Below the pieces are notes generated by a model. The model ran no database searches, was not told the DNA's origin, and worked only from the letters and a program-made list of their open reading frames with translations. Source: Natrialba aegyptia DSM 13077 (GTDB lineage Archaea; Halobacteriota; Halobacteria; Halobacteriales; Natrialbaceae). Taken from it: DNA of 24,000 nt. Location of the stretch: NCBI RefSeq assembly GCF_000337535.1, contig NZ_AOIP01000054.1, positions 41,070 to 65,069 on the forward strand. Reading direction: 5' to 3'. This document shows positions 19,117 to 24,000 of this stretch, in pieces (the first letter of the stretch is position 1; each line of letters opens with the position of its first letter). Both the position numbers and the translations under genes were made by a program.

Positions 19117-19398
19117 TTACGATCCGTCCCTGTTGACTTCAACTACCGTCCCGATCATCGTCCATTCCGATTCGTCTACTCCCTTTCGTCCGACCAGAAT
19201 TGATTCGTTATCCGTGCTCGTGATGAATCGATAATCCGCATCATCGTCCTTACGAATACCCTCTGCCTGAAATTCCTGCTGAAAGAACTCGGCCCCTGTA
19301 ATATGAAATACGGCCGTCGTTCCGTCGTTAAGCGTAAGCTCGACGGGTTCGGGACTGATCTGGTGTATTCGCTTCGCGATCGGGTTGAGGTCTGCCAT
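19117..19398 (-). CDS. Hypothetical small acidic protein
   Basis: 93-aa ATG ORF, acidic, 46 nt downstream of trkA on the same strand. I recognise no family. Confidence 0.55.
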   Translation of the reverse strand: MADLNPIAKRIHQISPEPVELTLNDGTTAVFHITGAEFFQQEFQAEGIRKDDDADYRFITSTDNESILVGRKGVDESEWTMIGTVVEVNRDGS

Positions 19399-19444
19399 AC
19401 CTGCGTACTAGCGGTCGCAGCCTATAAGTCGTGCTGATCTCGCG

Positions 19445-20779
19445 TTAGATCACTTCGGTGACGTTATCGAGTACATCCGTATCTACGAACAGAATGACGT
19501 GATCCCCCGGTCTGATTACGGTCGTTCCTCGAGGCGTCACGAGTTCACCAGTTCGAGCGATCGCTCCGATAATAACTCCATCCGGGAGGTTCGCCGTAGA
19601 ATCCCTGATTTCACGATCTGCGAGAATACTTTCTTCTGTAACTACGATCTCGATCACTTCCGCGCGATCGTGGTCGAGCAGTACGATCTTTTCAGTTGGG
19701 ATCAGTCGGGTGAATCGAATGATCTCTTCGGCGGTTTCTTCGCGCGGATTCACGGTCACATCGACGCCAGTGGTCTCGAATAATTCGGTGTACTCGGTAT
19801 CCTCGACGATAGCGACGGTTTCACCGACACCAAACTGGCGGGCTACTAACGATACGAGTAAGTTCCGTTCATCGTGCGGCAATGCAGCGATGACGATATC
19901 GGTGTCTCCGATATGTTCGCGCTCCAGAAATCCAGCGTCTGCAGGGTCTCCCTTAAGTACTGTCGTACGTGGAAGCGCTTCGGCCGCGGTTCGGGCGAGA
20001 TCGGGATCAGGTTCGATTACTCGAGGATGATAGCCATGCTCTTCGAACAGTTGGGCTATTCGAAAGCCAATCTCGCTCGCTCCAGCGATAACAACCTCGT
20101 CGGTCGGACTTCGCGATGACAGCGAAATACGGTTCGCGACGTTCGTAACGCCGCTAGCGCTTCCGATGACTACGATTCGATCGGTGGATTCTATTATAGT
20201 TTCACCAGTCGGAAGTATCAACTCATCGTTGCGAAAGATCGCCGCGACTGTTACCGATTCATCCAGATCGATCTCGCGCACGGTTCGATCGATGAACGGA
20301 CTCTCCGGGTCGATTTCGAATGTAGCCATTCGGACGAGACCGTTCGCGAACGTATCGACCTCCTGTGCAGCAGGGAGTCCAGAAATCCGAAACACTGCTT
20401 CGGACGTCAACAAGTTCGTGCAAATCATGAAATCGGCACCGAACGCATCCTGACGGTCATTCCACGTTTTGAAGAGCGTTCGGTGCCTCACTCGGGCAAC
20501 CGTGAATGCATTAGAGATCGTCGTTACGGTCGCACAGATAACGGTATTGACGTCGTCATCGTCGGTACACGCGATTACGAGATCTGCTTGATTAATTTCG
20601 GCCTCTCGTAGTGTTTCAATATCTCGGCCGTCTCCGTGGATAACGAGTACATCATACGCGTACGTGAGTTCCTCAATGATCTGCTCATCACAATCAACAA
20701 CAACTACCTCGTGAAGGTCTGCGAGCGTTGCAGCGATCGTTCGTCCGACCTCACCAGCTCCGATAACCGTTATACGCAT
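19445..20779 (-). CDS. trkA: Trk potassium uptake system NAD-binding subunit TrkA (two RCK N+C modules)
   Basis: Internal ATG of track ORF 19445..20983, which itself starts at TTG. MRITVIGAGEVGRTIA begins the first Rossmann fold, and VVIAGASEIGFRIA begins the second. 444 aa. Confidence 0.85.
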   Translation of the reverse strand: MRITVIGAGEVGRTIAATLADLHEVVVVDCDEQIIEELTYAYDVLVIHGDGRDIETLREAEINQADLVIACTDDDDVNTVICATVTTISNAFTVARVRHRTLFKTWNDRQDAFGADFMICTNLLTSEAVFRISGLPAAQEVDTFANGLVRMATFEIDPESPFIDRTVREIDLDESVTVAAIFRNDELILPTGETIIESTDRIVVIGSASGVTNVANRISLSSRSPTDEVVIAGASEIGFRIAQLFEEHGYHPRVIEPDPDLARTAAEALPRTTVLKGDPADAGFLEREHIGDTDIVIAALPHDERNLLVSLVARQFGVGETVAIVEDTEYTELFETTGVDVTVNPREETAEEIIRFTRLIPTEKIVLLDHDRAEVIEIVVTEESILADREIRDSTANLPDGVIIGAIARTGELVTPRGTTVIRPGDHVILFVDTDVLDNVTEVI

Positions 20780-21172
20780 CGAACTCTCATTCAACGGGTA
20801 ATCGAGGCTTGGCTTGAAAGTGACATCAGTAATCGTCATTGATCTCTGTGGACCATCCGATAGACTAATCGACGAGGCCGTAGTCGCTTTGTCCCGGATG
20901 TGTCCATAAATAGTACCCATTGACCAATATAAGTTCCGTTCATGACTGATGCAGTCCTCGGCCGGACCCAAATCACAGAGCAACGACGATTGAATTGATT
21001 ACTATTAGTTCATCATCGTTTCTGTGATCAGTGGTGAAAGATAAGGTCAAGGACAGAAACGGGCTCTCATTCGGAGTATATCTCGTCTAATAGTTTGCTT
21101 ACCAGTCAGTTGTGTGAATTGAGTGGTCGATTCACCCGATTGAATGTAACTCTCTACTCAAGAGTATAACAG

Positions 21173-21197
21173 AATAGTCCAGTATATATGGACTATT
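21173..21197. repeat. Perfect 9-bp inverted repeat around a TATATA core
   Basis: AATAGTCCA gtatata TGGACTATT, read directly from the sequence. Confidence 0.7.
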
Positions 21198-21487
21198 ATT
21201 AGGCTATTATGTACGGAAAGAATTCTCAGGCTGACTCTTCAAATGACCGTTGGACTTATTTCTTCTATATTACTATTATTAAATATATGGAATAAAGCTC
21301 AGGAGGTGGACTGTTACAGACGTACGTTTGTATAAGCCTATAGATGGAATCGAACGCAAAACGATCGTAATCCTATTATATTGGACTAATAAGTACGGAG
21401 CCAGTAGGTCTCGTTATGGCATCTATATCGCTATTCTGTAGGTAACCAATACCTTGACTACGACTCCTCCCGAATATTTGGACTCAC

Positions 21488-21667
21488 ATGGGAATGGGTG
21501 ACTATGACCAGCGTGAGTACGAGCGTCGCGAACAAACAATCTCTGAGATCGGATCCGAGTCGGACGACCAGCCGGACGAGTACCGAGGGAAACTAACGTT
21601 CGACGAGGGCAGTTCAACCGGTGAACTCCTCGAAAACCTCCGGAAAATCAAGTCGAACGAATTGTGA
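21488..21667 (+). CDS. Small acidic protein, 59 aa (below the ORF-track cutoff)
   Basis: ATG at 21488 to TGA at 21665-21667 gives MGMGDYDQREYERREQTISEIGSESDDQPDEYRGKLTFDEGSSTGELLENLRKIKSNEL. From memory, the pattern MGxGxYD..E.ERRE...Y.G...FD.G.S..ELL..L..IK matches a conserved haloarchaeal small-protein family, possibly DUF5786. Confidence 0.6.
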   Translation: MGMGDYDQREYERREQTISEIGSESDDQPDEYRGKLTFDEGSSTGELLENLRKIKSNEL

Positions 21668-21727
21668 TAGAGCTCGAGAACAAACCAAACCAAACGATTT
21701 ATCTCAATCTGATGGGTACTACTGCAT

Positions 21728-21862
21728 ATGGGGCTTGACGAAATCCTTAACGGCAACCACCTCACAGGCCGGCAAGCCGCGATGATCTTCTTCGGATGGT
21801 TAACATTGGTGTTAATAGCTGGGATTACTCTCCTACTGATCACGAGTGGATCCATTGGATAG
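21728..21862 (+). CDS. Candidate 44-aa single-pass membrane peptide
   Basis: ATG at 21728 to TAG at 21860-21862 gives MGLDEILNGNHLTGRQAAMIFFGWLTLVLIAGITLLLITSGSIG. One clear TM helix, 60 nt after the previous small ORF. Confidence 0.3.
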   Translation: MGLDEILNGNHLTGRQAAMIFFGWLTLVLIAGITLLLITSGSIG

Positions 21863-22015
21863 ATGATCGCATTTGAACAAGTACTATGAGACGCATCGCT
21901 TTCCACTCTCTTCGAACCGTACCGTTCGACGAGAATCCTGGAGGTGTTCGGTCCCACCAGTAGATGAACCGACATTCACGCAGTAATCCGCTCTCCAAAC
22001 ACCAATGAGATGTGA

Positions 22016-22216
22016 TCAAATACATGAATGCCCTAGGTAGTTGAACCGACTTGATCGATGCATCTGCTGAGTACTCGGATCAGTCTGGGCCGATATCATG
22101 TGGTGCCACTGGAGAATCTGATAAGGGACGATACCGTCGAAGAAGTCGCCTAGGCCTAATCCAAGAAAAATGCAGTTTGGACGAACGGTTTGGCGCATTG
22201 TGGAAGGCCGAGCCAC
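22016..22216 (-). pseudogene. N-terminal fragment of a DUF2243-like membrane protein
   Basis: GTG-initiated 66-aa ORF. FLGLGLGDFFDGIVPYQILQWHHMIS matches the GLGLGGFxDGIxxHQxLQWHHM motif as I recall it. No recognisable continuation in any frame downstream. Confidence 0.4.
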
Positions 22217-23085
22217 TCGTCCTCGATGTCGCTCATAATATGACCCGCCACCAACAGGAAGAATGTGTAGTCTGAAGCAGAAAACATCGGATTACAGGCA
22301 ACGTGTCGAGCAAACCGCTGTTCTTCCTCACAGATAATTTTGAGTAGAATATCACGGACAGTATAAAGATGAATGGGCCAGTTACCGGTATTTCCAATAG
22401 ATCGTTCGTAAAGTTCATCCTCCGCCCGCCATGTTCGTGGTCGCACGGCTATGATTACTGCGCTGAAATATAGTACGGCAAGCATAGCCGCTACAAAGTA
22501 CCCGAGTATGATCCCTATAGCAGCGCTTGTGGGCCACGGCGTTGACGTGAAGGTCAGAACGTGGATCAACCATGAACCTAACATGACTGTGAAAAGTAGT
22601 AAGTAAATTCGTCGTAAACGATGTGCGATCGCTTCTTCTCTGATGATTTTAACTATAGGATGGCGGTAATCTTAACTCAACTACTTTCGCCATACTGGAT
22701 CTTCAATTCCCGCTGAGGGGTCTAATCCGTATGTAAAGACGTTTTTCTGCCTCATACGAACTCGTCCTCGCCATAGATCATATCCGAGATAGCGCTGGGC
22801 CTCCATCAGTAAGAAAGCGCACAGTGCGGCCATTCCTAACAGAAGAATGTAATGGAGACGGTTGGAACCGGAAAATGCCCACGTGAGGACGCCGCTCATG
22901 ACGAGTATGGCCCGATTCGACGTCCGATCGAGGCGTTCTCGCCAGTACTTTATCCAGTGGATCTCGCCTTGATATAAGTGTGCCATCGACGAGCTGGGGG
23001 ACATCTCTTCCTCTAACAGCCCTTCACCGATTTCGCGGTGATCAGCGTCAGTTAGATCAATGTCTTTTGCTGATTGTTGAGCCAT
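22156..23085 (-). pseudogene. DUF2270-like integral membrane protein gene interrupted by two in-frame stop codons
   Basis: Track ORFs 22681..23085 and 22156..22584 are in the same frame. The junction reads DPVWRK-TAG-LS-TAA-DYRHPIVKIIREEAIAHRLRRIYLLLFTVMLGSW. The N-part has MAHLYQGE...W..RLDRTSN...LTWAFS. The family name is from memory. Confidence 0.55.
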
Positions 23086-23334
23086 TCTCGATGTATCTGT
23101 TCGGCAGCGAAACTAATAGAGGTAAAGCCAGCAAGTGAGCGACGGATACAGATCCCGTACAAGTTGAGCGGTGCTTATGGTCAATGTGTTCGTGTAGTGA
23201 GCGGTACTTCCACGAGCGAACACATCAAAAAATATATTTTTAATAGAGCAATCCGTTCATAATAGATACGGTCGTATCGGGAACGAGCAATCTATCTCGA
23301 GACATTCAAACCAGTCGTCGCGCTACGGAATCGT

Positions 23335-24000
23335 GTGAAGGAAGACGAATCGTACGAGCATGTTATTCTTGGCAGTGACGATGAACTAACCACGGCGGAC
23401 GTCCGCGGATACGATTTTCGCGGGGAGTTCGACTTTCACGATCTCATCGAGTCTTACGAAACGACAGGGTTTCAAGCGACGCACCTCGCTGAGGCCGTCG
23501 ATATCGCCGAGCGAATGCAAGAAGAGAAAGCGACGATCTATCTCACGTTCACCTCGAATATTATCTCCTCGGGATTGCGTGAAGTAGTTGCATATCTGGT
23601 CCGTGAAGGGTATGTCGACGTACTCATCACCACGTCTGGGGCGTTGACGGAGGACGTCATCAAGACCGCAAAGCCGTTCAAGATGGGGAAGTGGAACGCC
23701 AACGAGGCGACGCTCCGCGACCGCGGCATCAATCGGCTCGGGAATATTTTTGTTCCGTCTGATCGATACGTGTGGCTGGAGGAGTACCTGTACGACTTCT
23801 TTGATGACTTTTTCGCAAACGAAAAAGTGCGCACGCCGACAGCCTTCGCACGAGAACTAGGTGAGACGCTTGACGACGAAGATTCCGTCTTGAAACAGGC
23901 CGCGGACAACGACGTCCCCATCTACTGTCCGGCACTGACGGACGCCGAAGTCGGTAACTTTCTCTATTATTACCGCCAAGGATATGATTCGGAAGTCGGG
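23335..24000 (+). CDS. dhs: Deoxyhypusine synthase, N-terminal 222 codons (continues off the right edge)
   Basis: Not in the ORF track because there is no stop in the window. My translation reads VKEDESYEHVILGSDDELTTADVRGYDFRGEFDFHDLIESYETTGFQATHLAEAVDIAERM...LTFTSNIISSGLREVVAYLVREGYVDVLITTSGALTEDVIK...GINRLGNIFVP...PIYCPALTDAEVG. The first in-frame start after the TAA TAG at 23260-23265 is GTG at 23335. Confidence 0.85.
   Translation, partial: MKEDESYEHVILGSDDELTTADVRGYDFRGEFDFHDLIESYETTGFQATHLAEAVDIAERMQEEKATIYLTFTSNIISSGLREVVAYLVREGYVDVLITTSGALTEDVIKTAKPFKMGKWNANEATLRDRGINRLGNIFVPSDRYVWLEEYLYDFFDDFFANEKVRTPTAFARELGETLDDEDSVLKQAADNDVPIYCPALTDAEVGNFLYYYRQGYDSEVG

Noticed and set aside
20780-20983. 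68-codon N-terminal extension of trkA (track start is a TTG at 20983)
   Set aside because: TrkA homologs begin at the GxGxxG Rossmann motif (MRITVIGAGEVG). The extension has no such features. Alternative ATGs upstream remain possible but unsupported.
21423-22025. Minus-strand ORFs 21423..21617, 21502..21975 and 21840..22025
   Set aside because: Their products are Ser/Arg/Pro-rich and basic. The plus strand carries a strongly protein-like acidic 59-aa ORF and a TM peptide ORF over the same DNA.
23130-23160. AGTGAGCG...GGATACAG, resembling the IS200/IS605 left end with its hairpin deleted (possible solo end or MITE)
   Set aside because: Only two 8-mers match and the flanks show no similarity. 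My rough estimate gives about a 0.2 chance of such a pair arising randomly in this window.

Overview
The window looks like haloarchaeal (class Halobacteria) DNA. The predicted proteins are strongly acidic, there are archaeal TFB genes, AT-rich TATA-like boxes sit about 28-30 nt upstream of two start codons (tfb, iclR), and one gene has a Tat signal plus lipobox. The sequence is a mosaic of GC-rich blocks and AT-rich islands (about 6.6-8.7 kb and 17.3-23.3 kb) that carry IS elements and decaying genes. Gene order, left to right: katG (partial, minus strand, absent from the ORF track because it runs off the edge); an HxlR-type regulator divergent from a protoglobin-hemL-MOSC cluster; a degraded IS5-family element; a small membrane ORF; a GNAT acetyltransferase; a TFB-like protein with no zinc ribbon; an MBL-fold hydrolase; an apparently intact IS200/IS605 element (tnpA + tnpB) with a structured omega-RNA-like 3' region; a wHTH regulator and a canonical tfb; an AMP-forming acetyl-CoA-synthetase paralog; a Tat-lipoprotein multicopper oxidase; a hypothetical ORF; an IclR regulator; a 93-aa hypothetical; trkA; about 0.7 kb of AT-rich non-coding DNA with a repeated motif; two small ORFs below the track threshold; two decayed membrane-protein genes, one with two in-frame stops; and a partial deoxyhypusine synthase at the right edge, also absent from the track. 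I found no CRISPR array, tRNA or rRNA. The leads most worth following are the zinc-ribbon-less TFB paralog, the hxlR/protoglobin/hemL/MOSC/katG neighbourhood, the TnpB omega-RNA candidate next to a regulator operon, and the motif-rich AT island with hidden small ORFs. All family assignments come from motif recognition by eye. No database search was run.
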